NCBI GenBank assembly: GCA_963782915.1
Contig: CAWALK010000023.1
Coordinates: 64,001-128,000, forward strand
DNA from: an uncultured archaeon
Lineage (GTDB): Archaea; Thermoproteota; Bathyarchaeia; Bathyarchaeales; Bathycorpusculaceae
Direction: 5' to 3'
Length of the DNA: 64,000 bases
Each line of letters starts with the position of its first letter. Position 1 is the first letter of the stretch. Positions 20,367-29,859 of the stretch are shown piece after piece. The notes under the pieces are model-generated. The model was given only the letters and a program-made list of their open reading frames with translations. It was not told where the DNA came from and ran no database searches. Position numbers and translations under genes: made by a program.

Positions 20367-20900
20367 TTGGATAAGCCTGATTACGTAATGTGGTGCCGCA
20401 AATACGACAAAGCCTTCGGAGCACAAGCACAACGCGAACGAGAACTCGGCGCGAAATTCCGCAAAAACAAAGCCTTAACAGTTGCAGATTTAGGCTCCAT
20501 CGTCGAGTGGAAATATAAAGATGACGGGGAAAAATTGGAACGCGGCTTAGAATTAGTATCACGAAACGATCCTGAAAAAGTTCAAAAAATCACCAGCCAA
20601 GTCCTCTGCTTACCCCAAGGCGATGACATGTACCGCATGAACTGCTTAACCACACTCGAAGGCATAAGCCCACTATTAGCAAGCATCATACTGACGTTCT
20701 TTGACCCAAAACGTTACTGTATCTTTGACCTCAAAGTCTGGAAACCCCTACTGGGCAACGCTTCCGCAGGCTTGTATTCGCCGCAGAACTACATCAAACT
20801 CTTAGAAGCCATCCGTAAAACCGCAGCCAAACACAACCTGGAAGTCAGAGTAATCGATAAGGCATTGTATAAGAAAGCCATCGACAACGCCAAGCCCTAA
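20367..20900 (+). CDS. Hypothetical protein, possible HhH-type DNA-binding/glycosylase-like fold
   Basis: LTTLEGISPLLASIILTFFDP..Y.IFD and R.IDKALY pattern. Confidence 0.55.
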   Translation: MDKPDYVMWCRKYDKAFGAQAQRERELGAKFRKNKALTVADLGSIVEWKYKDDGEKLERGLELVSRNDPEKVQKITSQVLCLPQGDDMYRMNCLTTLEGISPLLASIILTFFDPKRYCIFDLKVWKPLLGNASAGLYSPQNYIKLLEAIRKTAAKHNLEVRVIDKALYKKAIDNAKP

Positions 20901-21644
20901 TCACTGTTTTAGTGTTTTTACTAACTCAGCAACCTTTTCAATGATGTAGTCATTGATTTTTTGTCCCTTCTGTGCCGACGCCGCTGTTGGGTCACCGTTA
21001 ACTCCGCCCGGAAAACCCAGTTCCGGATGTGCGATAACTTCGAAACGGGGCATATGCCAAACCTCCGCTTTACCCGCACCTTTAACTAACTCGGGCTTAA
21101 TCGCCATAACCCGCGAAGTCTCCAAAGTACCCGCATGCCCATCACCCGGCGAAGCATATTCCGAAGCTAATTCCTCCGCGAAATCAAAATCCGACAAAAC
21201 CATAACCCTCACCCGACCTGGCATTACCTCATCGTTCTTAACAACAATATCCTGAGCCGCCAACCGCAAAGCAACCATATGCGAATTACCAGCGTGACCG
21301 CTCATCACAATAATCCGGTAAAACCCGCTTCGAACCAATTCAGACAACACATCATGCGCTAACTTATAGAGCGTATCAAACCCGATGGTTAATGTGCCGG
21401 CAAAATTTCTGGTTGCATTACAGATGCCATAACGGAATGGCGGCGCAACCAAACAACCGGTTTTTTTAGCTACTTCCATGGCGATGTATTCGGGTTGAAT
21501 GCTATCAGTACAAAGCGGCAAATGATCGCCATGCTCCTCGACGCTTCCTATGGGAAAAATCATGACTGTGCCATCTTTGGCTGCTTGAGCTGCCTCTATT
21601 GTGCTTAATTCATCAAACCACAGCGGTTTTTTTGGAGTTGCCAT
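20901..21644 (-). CDS. Creatininase family amidohydrolase
   Basis: PIGSVEEHGDHLPLCTD, GHAGN, HAGTLETS. Confidence 0.92.
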   Translation of the reverse strand: MATPKKPLWFDELSTIEAAQAAKDGTVMIFPIGSVEEHGDHLPLCTDSIQPEYIAMEVAKKTGCLVAPPFRYGICNATRNFAGTLTIGFDTLYKLAHDVLSELVRSGFYRIIVMSGHAGNSHMVALRLAAQDIVVKNDEVMPGRVRVMVLSDFDFAEELASEYASPGDGHAGTLETSRVMAIKPELVKGAGKAEVWHMPRFEVIAHPELGFPGGVNGDPTAASAQKGQKINDYIIEKVAELVKTLKQ

Positions 21645-21772
21645 AAAGGTTAATCGGGGAAACATGTTTTTTTGTGTTGCGGAAGCTAAACAACTGCCGT
21701 GTCGGTGGTAGAAAAGTTTGAAATACACCTACAATAGATACTTGATTTGGAGCGCTTACGTTGTAGGTGCTG

Positions 21773-22656
21773 ATGATTACTTTGGAATTGCCGAATTGGA
21801 ATTGGCTAAAATCAACCTCACATAAGCAGTTAGAGCTCGAATTGGGTCCACTAGAGACATTCCTAAATCGATACATCGCCAATCCAGTAGACCCAACAAA
21901 GTCCAAAAAGCAAAGGATGCATTGGCAATCGTAAAAGAAGCAAAAGTCACTTTGCAGCAACGTAAAGTTCAGAATGCTTGGGCACTATACTACCAAGCGG
22001 AATTATTAGAATACGAATTAAAAACCAAAGAAGAACTTGATGCCCGCGCCGGCAAAATCCTTTTTGAAAGCGCCATTTTACTCAATGACGGGGCAAAACA
22101 GAATATTCGCAGATTAATCGGCCAAGGCTCAGATAACGGTGGCTGGGTATTACAGAAAAATGTTGCGCCATCAAATGTAATCGAAGCTAGACGAATCATT
22201 CAGGATTACTACATAAAAAAGTACACCTACTTGGACGTCGCCATGCAGATGCTCTCCATTCTAACAACTATCGTTGCAATTTTGAGTCTAATTATAGCGT
22301 TTACGCTTACTTCGGTACCAAACACAATTACATCCGCTCCGGCAAGTTCGGTGTTCTGGATCACAATCGGCTTATTTGGAGGCGTTGGAGGCTCAATAAG
22401 CGGCTTGTTCGGTTTAAAACAGTCGTTTGCTTTAGACAGCGATATGCCTGAACGGGTTTTGAACAAATGGATAACTATTGCCAAACCAATCATTGGCTTC
22501 GCAGCTGCAATCGTAATCGCGATTTTTTTGATTGCAGGCTTTGTTGAGGTTGCCAATATTGAAGTAAGCACTTATCTGATATTTTCAATGGCGTTTGTAT
22601 CAGGATTTTCAGAGCGCTTAATTATTGGCGCGGTATCTTCTAGGCTGCCTTCCTAA
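21773..22656 (+). CDS. Membrane protein with C-terminal 4-TM domain; probable frameshift near 21900
   Basis: GGVGGSIS and FVSGFSERL motifs; an upstream frame from ATG 21773 joins ORF 21922. Confidence 0.6.
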
Positions 22657-22684
22657 CAGGCGGCCAAAGAAAAATAGTGCTCTT

Positions 22685-23608
22685 TTACTCTAGGAACTGT
22701 TCAAGGTACTGCATGATTAAATCGTAGGCTTGTTCATCATCGGGGCCAACCCTGAGGTGCGAGTCGTTGGTGCTGATTAATGCTTCACCATCGTTTTCCC
22801 CCACAGGCTCATTATATTTGATTCTAAAAACACACCGAGACACCCCGCTATTTTGGGTTTGGAAAGTCAGCAAAGGATACTTCACCCCCGGCAAATGCAC
22901 CTCATATTTCCCTTCTGCTTTGGCTTCAACAAGAAAATTCTTGGTTTCCCCCAACCCCAGAAGACTCTCAAGCAAAGCACCCTTATACTTGGGGAAACAG
23001 GCTTGCACTTCCAAATCAACCCTTTCTCTGACAGCGACTATTTTTTGGGCGATCGTATCTTTGTCCCAGAGTTCAAACCCTAACCTCTCAGCAGCAGCCT
23101 TTGCTTGTTCAGTGAAATACCCTGTTGCTATCAGGAGTGTTTTTTGGCATTCACCCTTCATCTCTTCTGCGAATAAAACGCTTGCTTCCGTGACTTTGTA
23201 GGTTTTGGGGCATTTTATGGCTTGAACTGCCACTTTTTCGCCATCCTTAGCGACTACGCCGTCAAATCCAAATTCGTTAGCTGCAAACTTTTCTGGCTGG
23301 CTTTCATATCCCAGTTCGCTAAGGAGCCACTGGGTGAAGTACTCGAATTCTTTGTCTGAGAGGCAATCAACTTGGTAACAGCCTGCATTCAGTGGTTCTG
23401 TTTCCGCTGATTTCTCAAACATCCGCAGAATCTTTTGCCCTTTCTTATCCGAGGCTTTCCCACTGATTTGTTTTTGGATTCGAGCAGCCAACACCTCAGC
23501 TTTATCCATTGGCAACTGCAAATTATCCGCAAGATACCCTGGCAAATCGATGTTTGGGTACTGCTCTTTTATCTCTTTTAGTATGCCCTTGGCGTTGGTT
23601 GGCTGCAT
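22685..23608 (-). CDS. Mrr-like (Mrr_cat) restriction endonuclease domain protein
   Basis: LSDKEFEYF...LGY...GFDGV....VAVQAIK...ATGYFTEQA...ELWD. Confidence 0.75.
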   Translation of the reverse strand: MQPTNAKGILKEIKEQYPNIDLPGYLADNLQLPMDKAEVLAARIQKQISGKASDKKGQKILRMFEKSAETEPLNAGCYQVDCLSDKEFEYFTQWLLSELGYESQPEKFAANEFGFDGVVAKDGEKVAVQAIKCPKTYKVTEASVLFAEEMKGECQKTLLIATGYFTEQAKAAAERLGFELWDKDTIAQKIVAVRERVDLEVQACFPKYKGALLESLLGLGETKNFLVEAKAEGKYEVHLPGVKYPLLTFQTQNSGVSRCVFRIKYNEPVGENDGEALISTNDSHLRVGPDDEQAYDLIMQYLEQFLE

Positions 23609-23610
23609 TT

Positions 23611-24981
23611 TTAGGGCTCCTTCGATTTAGCATGTTTAGGGCACAGTTTTCGTTGGAACTCATCGGTGTATGTAAGGTTTTGTTTCGAGAAGACTTTACC
23701 GCATATGTCGCAGAGTCCATAGTGGTAGATGCATACGCTAGAGTTGTCGTGGCTGCATTTGAATTCGAGGAGTTTGCTGTGTTTTTTGCCGCAGACACTG
23801 CAGACGAAGCCGCTGTCGCGTTCAATGTATTCGTTTAATTTTTCATCTAGCACTAATGGGGCTTTTTTGCTGTAGATTTTTCCTGTGTCTATTGATTGTC
23901 TGGTGCATTCTGGGCAGACGTAGAGTCCGTCTTGGGTTGCGTACCCTTCAGAGAAAGCTTTGTGGCAAACGGGGCAATTAACTTCTATGGAGTGGTTGAC
24001 GCCTAAGATGAAGCATCCGGGTATAGCGGCTTTGTTGTTGAGTTTTATTTCGAATTTAGCCTTAGCTGTGTTAATGACCAGTAGATTGATGAATTTCACG
24101 GCTATGTTGGTTAAGTATGATTCTTCTTCTCTTCTAAACAGCGCCTCATAGTTTGATTGCCATTTTGCATAGTCAAAGTCATGTTTTTTTGAGATAACGT
24201 GTTCTTTGCGTTCTCTTCTTAGCCGTTTTTCGAAGCTTCGCAGTTTTGCTTTTTTCTCTTTGTTTAGAGGTAAATCGTAGAGCGCCAATTTTTCTTTGAG
24301 TATGGCTGAGAGTTTTTCGTCTGCAACCGTTTTGAGTTTGTCCAGGATGTCTGGTTTTAGTTTTGTTTTATAATCCTGAAGCTCAATTGCCTCATTCTTC
24401 AGTAAACTATCTTCATTGAAGTCCTCGGCTGGCGCAAGGTTGCCTTTTTCATCAATTAAAACCGTGATTTTCTCTTCGCTTTTTGGTCTGAGCTTATTTT
24501 GGAAGGTTGCCAAGAAATAAAACAGGAAATACCTTACAGGCTCGGTTTTGCCCACGTCCACCGAATAGATTTTTCCATTGTTAACCTGATGGTAACATGG
24601 CTGCGTTTTTGTGCATAAATGAATCGTTTCTTCATCTGCTGTGAGTTGTTGGCAGCTCTGGCAATCAAACTCGCTATCTTTGCAATACTTTTTCACCAGC
24701 GCCTCAAAACTTTCCTTAGGTCTTACTAGAACTTGGCAGGGTGCCCCATTCTCCAAGCATTCCTTTAGTATCTGCTGAAAAGCTGGGCTCCCAGCCGTTA
24801 TTAGTTGGGCTTTGGTTTCACGCGCTATCGCTGGTTCATAAGTATACTCATGCGAATCGGCATCGTTTGGATAGGTTACGGTGAAGACGTCGCTGTTTTC
24901 TCCAGCTATTTCTCCCTGCTTGGATTTTACGTATGCCTTGATGAATTGCCGAATTTCTGCACCAACTTCTTCTGTGCTCAA
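23611..24981 (-). CDS. Multi-zinc-finger protein, YqhG-like partner of SNF2 helicase
   Basis: Many CxxC pairs (CPVC, CPEC, CSVC, CDIC, CPKH); overlaps the helicase stop. Confidence 0.6.
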   Translation of the reverse strand: MSTEEVGAEIRQFIKAYVKSKQGEIAGENSDVFTVTYPNDADSHEYTYEPAIARETKAQLITAGSPAFQQILKECLENGAPCQVLVRPKESFEALVKKYCKDSEFDCQSCQQLTADEETIHLCTKTQPCYHQVNNGKIYSVDVGKTEPVRYFLFYFLATFQNKLRPKSEEKITVLIDEKGNLAPAEDFNEDSLLKNEAIELQDYKTKLKPDILDKLKTVADEKLSAILKEKLALYDLPLNKEKKAKLRSFEKRLRRERKEHVISKKHDFDYAKWQSNYEALFRREEESYLTNIAVKFINLLVINTAKAKFEIKLNNKAAIPGCFILGVNHSIEVNCPVCHKAFSEGYATQDGLYVCPECTRQSIDTGKIYSKKAPLVLDEKLNEYIERDSGFVCSVCGKKHSKLLEFKCSHDNSSVCIYHYGLCDICGKVFSKQNLTYTDEFQRKLCPKHAKSKEP

Positions 24982-26975
24982 TCAAGGACCCCCTGAGTGA
25001 ACTGCTCAGCTAACTCTTCGTTCTGTTTAGACACGGTGAGGTCGGTTGCGAGTTTCTCCAGTTCCTTCTTTAAATCAATACGTGAATTGCTTCGGAGCAA
25101 GATTTCGGCAATGGTCTTCTGTATATCCTGATTGCCCTCTTTTAGTTCGGCTAGAACTGTTTCCATTTTGCCAATAGTCATGGTAAACAGGTCGATTTTC
25201 TGGTAGAGTATGTGCAGGACATAGTCGTCTATGGTGTCTTTAACCGCTAAGTTGAATACTGTGACATCGCGGTCCTGTTTAAATCGGTGAATTCTGCCAA
25301 TCCGCTGCTCAATCTTCATGGGGTTCCAATGCAAATCATAATTGAACATTAAGCAGCAATTCTGCAAGTTGAGACCTTCCGCGGCTGCATCGGTGGCAAC
25401 GAGATATTTGACTTCGCCATTCTTGAAGCTCTGAATAACTGCATCCCGTTCCATTTGGTTCATATCGCCAAGGAATACTGCTGCTGGACCGAATTGGGCA
25501 TCAAGCATTTCCTTTATTTTGTGTGCAGTAATTTTTCGAAGACAGAAAATCAGCGCCTGTTCCTTTGGAGTTTCCTTAAGGATATTGCTTAGGAGCTCCA
25601 TTTTTGCACTTTTAATTTTCCCCGCCATCTCAATGAGTTTGCTTGTAACCGCCGCTTCTGTGGGAAACCTTTGCCCTCTTTTAAGGAGCGATTGAATTGA
25701 AGCTGCCGGTGAACTCGAAAAAGACTGCTGTAATGTGATGGCTTGGAAAACCAAGATTGCGTTGCTCTGCGATTCACTGAATGTCCTGTTAGGATTCTCA
25801 GCGATGAGAGCTTCTATTGTTCGGAAACTGTTTTTGCTCATTTCACGCAGGTATTCGGTTGCTGTATCGATGAATTCCCTTTCAGCTTCATTGGGTTCGA
25901 GTGTTCTGGATTCTACAATACGTTTGGTAAATGGAATGCCTGTTTGTTCTCTTCGGGTCCGGCACATTACATCTTGGAGGTTTTGCCGTAGCAGATACGC
26001 TTCGCCCTCTCTCAAAACGCGGCTTCTGGCGTCTTCGGCATAACGGGATATGAATGCGCGTTCGCTATCAAGCATCCCCGGCTGAATTAAATCAACAATA
26101 CTGAATAAGTCGGTTAACTTGTTGCAAAGTGGCGTAGCAGTTAGCAGCAAGAGATGGTTTTTTCTTAACTCTGAAAGGCTGTTCCGTCCTTTGCTATGCG
26201 TATTCCTAAATGCATGCGCCTCATCCACAACCACCAAATCCCATGTCCGCTTAGAAATCTCTTCAAACTTGCGGGGCAAAAGAGTATGTGAACACAAAAT
26301 TCGGTTGCCCGTCTTAAAGTTCGCCCGTTCTCCCGGCTTGTTAGCTATAAGAAAGGTCTCGCCGAATTTTTCATTCATCTCGCTTTTCCATTGTGAAAGC
26401 AAGCTTTTGGGCGCAATAATCAGGATGGAGTTAATCTCCTCTCGCAGTAGCAGTTCCTTCATTATGAGACCTGCCTCGATAGTTTTGCCCAAACCTACCT
26501 CATCTGCGAGGATGGCGTTTGCATTCATTTCATTTATGACTTGCAACGCTGTTTTTAGCTGGAAATTGTAGGGAACCAATTTTGTACGGATTGCATCGAT
26601 GGCGATTAAGCGATCGATTTTAGCTGTCTGTTTCAGCTTTAAGGCTTCTAAGTTGAGTTGGAAAGCTTGGAATGTGTGGAATCTGTTTTTTTGTATTTGC
26701 TCTTTAATGTTATATGGATCAGAGAATGTGCAGGTGTATCTATGCTTGGTTTTCTCGCCTGAGGTGTTTTCCTCTTCGAATTCACAGGAAACGGTTTTCT
26801 CTTCAGGTTTAGCCTGAGCTTTTTTTGTTTTCTTAGGTTTAGGTGCCTGCACAGTGGCTGATTTAGTTTCTGGCTGTTGTACCGCCCAGTTTTCAAACTC
26901 ATTATCAGTCGAGATTGATGGGTTCTGGTATTCGCCGCCGTTCTCTTGGAGGTTTTCAGGCAAGAGTATCGCCAT
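24978..26975 (-). CDS. SNF2-family helicase/ATPase (YqhH/RapA-like)
   Basis: LADEVGLGKT, VVDEAH, LLLTATP, AAEGLNLQ, WNPMKIEQRIGRIHR. Confidence 0.92.
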   Translation of the reverse strand: MAILLPENLQENGGEYQNPSISTDNEFENWAVQQPETKSATVQAPKPKKTKKAQAKPEEKTVSCEFEEENTSGEKTKHRYTCTFSDPYNIKEQIQKNRFHTFQAFQLNLEALKLKQTAKIDRLIAIDAIRTKLVPYNFQLKTALQVINEMNANAILADEVGLGKTIEAGLIMKELLLREEINSILIIAPKSLLSQWKSEMNEKFGETFLIANKPGERANFKTGNRILCSHTLLPRKFEEISKRTWDLVVVDEAHAFRNTHSKGRNSLSELRKNHLLLLTATPLCNKLTDLFSIVDLIQPGMLDSERAFISRYAEDARSRVLREGEAYLLRQNLQDVMCRTRREQTGIPFTKRIVESRTLEPNEAEREFIDTATEYLREMSKNSFRTIEALIAENPNRTFSESQSNAILVFQAITLQQSFSSSPAASIQSLLKRGQRFPTEAAVTSKLIEMAGKIKSAKMELLSNILKETPKEQALIFCLRKITAHKIKEMLDAQFGPAAVFLGDMNQMERDAVIQSFKNGEVKYLVATDAAAEGLNLQNCCLMFNYDLHWNPMKIEQRIGRIHRFKQDRDVTVFNLAVKDTIDDYVLHILYQKIDLFTMTIGKMETVLAELKEGNQDIQKTIAEILLRSNSRIDLKKELEKLATDLTVSKQNEELAEQFTQGVLD

Positions 26976-27237
26976 CTACTAACCGACTAAATATAAAAAC
27001 CTGAAGTGCATCCAGGCGATTGTTCTGTAGCCTTCTTCAAGAGTAGCAGCGCCAATTCCAGATACAATGGGCAGTATTTTTCCCCAAATATTTCATTTGA
27101 ACCCCGTGTTTTGTTTGTCTCCATGCGGTTCATTAATAATTTGGGCCTCTAGATGTAACATAGTAAGTAGGCGATTGGTTCTATGGGACCGTCACCCTTT
27201 AATTCCAAAACCATTTCTAGCATACCGCTCCGGTGAT

Positions 27238-28618
27238 ATGTTGTTTAAGAAAACAAAAATAGTCTGCACAGTAGGACCTGCAAGCTTCCCAAAAGAAACA
27301 ATCACAAAAATGTATCGATCAGGCATGAATGGTGTAAGAATTAACACTGCATATGGGAACATAGCGCAGTATCAGTCAACCATAGAGACCGTTCGTGAAA
27401 TAGCGGAGATCCCCATAATAATCGACCTTAAAGGACCCGAAGTTAGACTAAGAACATCAGAGTCCAAAACTATTCACACTAACGACGTTTTCGAAGTAGG
27501 CTTCAACGGAGAAGAAATCTGCTTCAACCATGACTTCTACGACAAAGTAGCAATAGACGACGTTATCCTCATCGATAACGGTAAGATCAAAACAAAAATC
27601 GTACAAAAAGGCAACCGCAAGCTATGCTTACGTGCCCTAACTGCCGGAGAAATAGAAGACGGCAAAGGCGTTAACATTCCAAATAAACACCTTTCCCTTT
27701 CAACCCTGTCTAAGAAGGACTTAGAGGTTGTACAGTTTGCAAAGAAGCACAACGTCGAATATGCTGCGCTTTCTTTTACGAGAAATGCCAAAGACATAGA
27801 AGCGCTCTCAAAAACCCACAAATTCGAAGGCGGCATAATCGCTAAAATCGAGAATAACGAAGGCGTACAAAACGCCGCAGAAATTCCTAGAAGCCGCCAC
27901 AGGTATAATGGTTGCAAGAGGCGACTTGGGAGTTGAAATTGAACCCGAAAAGGTACCCCTCATACAGAAATCGCTGATAAAACAGTGTAACCAAAGGGGC
28001 AAATTAGTGATAACCGCCACTGAAATGCTCGAATCCATGATTCACCAGCCTAGCCCAACCCGAGCTGAAGTCAGCGACGTAGCAAACGCTATCCTCGATG
28101 GCTCAGATGCAATTATGCTTTCCGGCGAAACAGCAATCGGGCAATACCCAATAGAAGCCGTTGATATGATGGCTCGCATTGCGCATGAAACCGAGGCAGC
28201 AGTCATAAGTAAAGTTGAAGGCACCCACTTCATCAATATTTCAGACACTGTCAGTAAAGCGATACAGGAAATTTGCCTAAGCATGCCCCTTAGTAAAGTG
28301 ATTACTTTGACTAAAACTGGCTACACTGCCCGCATGATTGCGCGATTCAAGATTTCGCAGCCAATTATCGCTGTTACCCCTGAGATAAAAGTGAAGAAAC
28401 AGTTAGAGTTAGTGTTTGGTGTAAAACCCGTTTTTATTGATTACTTGGGCGAAAAGGATACGATTTCTGCGGTTGCTAAGCAACTCTATGATATGCATTT
28501 AATTGAGGATAAAGAAACGGTGCTCTTCACTGCAGGTGAGCGCACGATAATGAAGCATGCTAGCAACGCGATTGAAATCCATAAGATTGAGGAATTGCGG
28601 AATTTCTTTTCCTCTTAA
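27238..28618 (+). CDS. pyk: Pyruvate kinase; single frameshift near 27886
   Basis: KTKIVCTVGPAS, DLKGPEVR, AKIEN, MVARGDLGVE, PTRAEVSDVANAILDG. Confidence 0.93.
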
Positions 28619-28904
28619 CTACCCTTTTTGTATTAATTGATCAGAAAGTGCGGTTCTGCTTGCGGTTTGCTCCACACCCATCCTGCAACCTGATTTGGAC
28701 GCTGAAGGTAAAATGCAATCACCAGCAAAGTTTTTTGGTTGTTTCCACAGATAAACAAATAGTAAGCCCTCTATTTTCTCGAGCAATGGGTTTCTGTAGC
28801 ATCAAGCGTTATTGCCTTTGCTTCCCAACCAGAAGATAGCCCAAAATTATCGATACAAACAACACTTAACACGCTTAAAACACGAAAGCTAATAACGAAA
28901 AAGG

Positions 28905-28979
28905 CGGGTCCGACGGGAGTTGAACCCGCGACCCTCGGATTAAAAGTCCGATGCTCTAGCCTGACTGAGCTACGGACCC
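28905..28979 (-). tRNA. tRNA-Lys(TTT)
   Basis: GGGTCCGTAGCTCAG...CGGAC-TTT-TAATCCG...GGTTCAACTCC...CGGACCCG cloverleaf; no intron. Confidence 0.95.
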
Positions 28980-29071
28980 GCTCTTGATTCGTTGCGGCTG
29001 ATAGAAAATGTGGGGGGGTTTTTTAGTGTTTCGTTTTTAAAAGTGTAAATAGGTAATAGTTGGGGGTTGTT

Positions 29072-29431
29072 TTAGGCTCTTAGGATCGTTGACATGAAGC
29101 TTTTGATCTTGTCATGTGAGTTGAGGATGGTTTCTATGGTTTTTGCACCTTTATCTGTGAGTTTGTAGACTCTTTTGCGTTCTACCCATATGCCTTCCAC
29201 TAAGCCATTGCGTTCTAGTGAGTAGAGTAGGGAATAGACTGTGCCGGAGCTGACTAGGAAGCCGAATTTGTTGTGGATGTAGGATATTACGTCGTATCCG
29301 CTTATGGGACCGTTTTGGAGTTCAGCCATTATTATGGTGTCTAGGAAGGTTTTGATTACTCGTTCATGCATTTTTTTGATTATGCGGGCTTCTGATTTTT
29401 CGCCGTTTACTGATATTGTTAATGCGACCAA
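29072..29431 (-). CDS. PadR-family winged-helix regulator
   Basis: SGYDVI...SSGTVYSLLYSLERNGLV....KRVYKLTDKG. Confidence 0.88.
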   Translation of the reverse strand: MVALTISVNGEKSEARIIKKMHERVIKTFLDTIIMAELQNGPISGYDVISYIHNKFGFLVSSGTVYSLLYSLERNGLVEGIWVERKRVYKLTDKGAKTIETILNSHDKIKSFMSTILRA

Positions 29432-29859
29432 TGTTTTGCACGCTCGTTGATTCTTTATTCTTGTTTAGAATATTAATAAGTTATTGACATAGAATTGGCA
29501 ATATTATAACAAGTCATGAAAAGTATGGACATGATATGTCGCCAGATGTCATCCTTAAGATGCAGTAAGCTTTTTTCTTGACTGGACTTTGATCCATCGC
29601 TTGTTGAACCATTGTAATATACAGTGAAATAATGTTGCCTTCAACAACCCTGTATTTACATGAAACAATCAATCGATTGGGGTCTAACCGCAGAAAAATT
29701 ACCTATTTCATATATATACAACCCCAAAGGCATAACCCGTTTTTACTATAAAACCGCCGATTTAGAGCCCAACACACCGAATTTATTAGTCACCGATATA
29801 TGTGCATGTTAACAAACGTTATCTCTGTTTTTGCGATACAAACTTTCGGTGTTAAGTAA

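Noticed and set aside
28905-28979. tRNA-Lys as the attachment site of an integrated element
   Set aside because: I found no duplicated tRNA 3' end and no integrase in the window.
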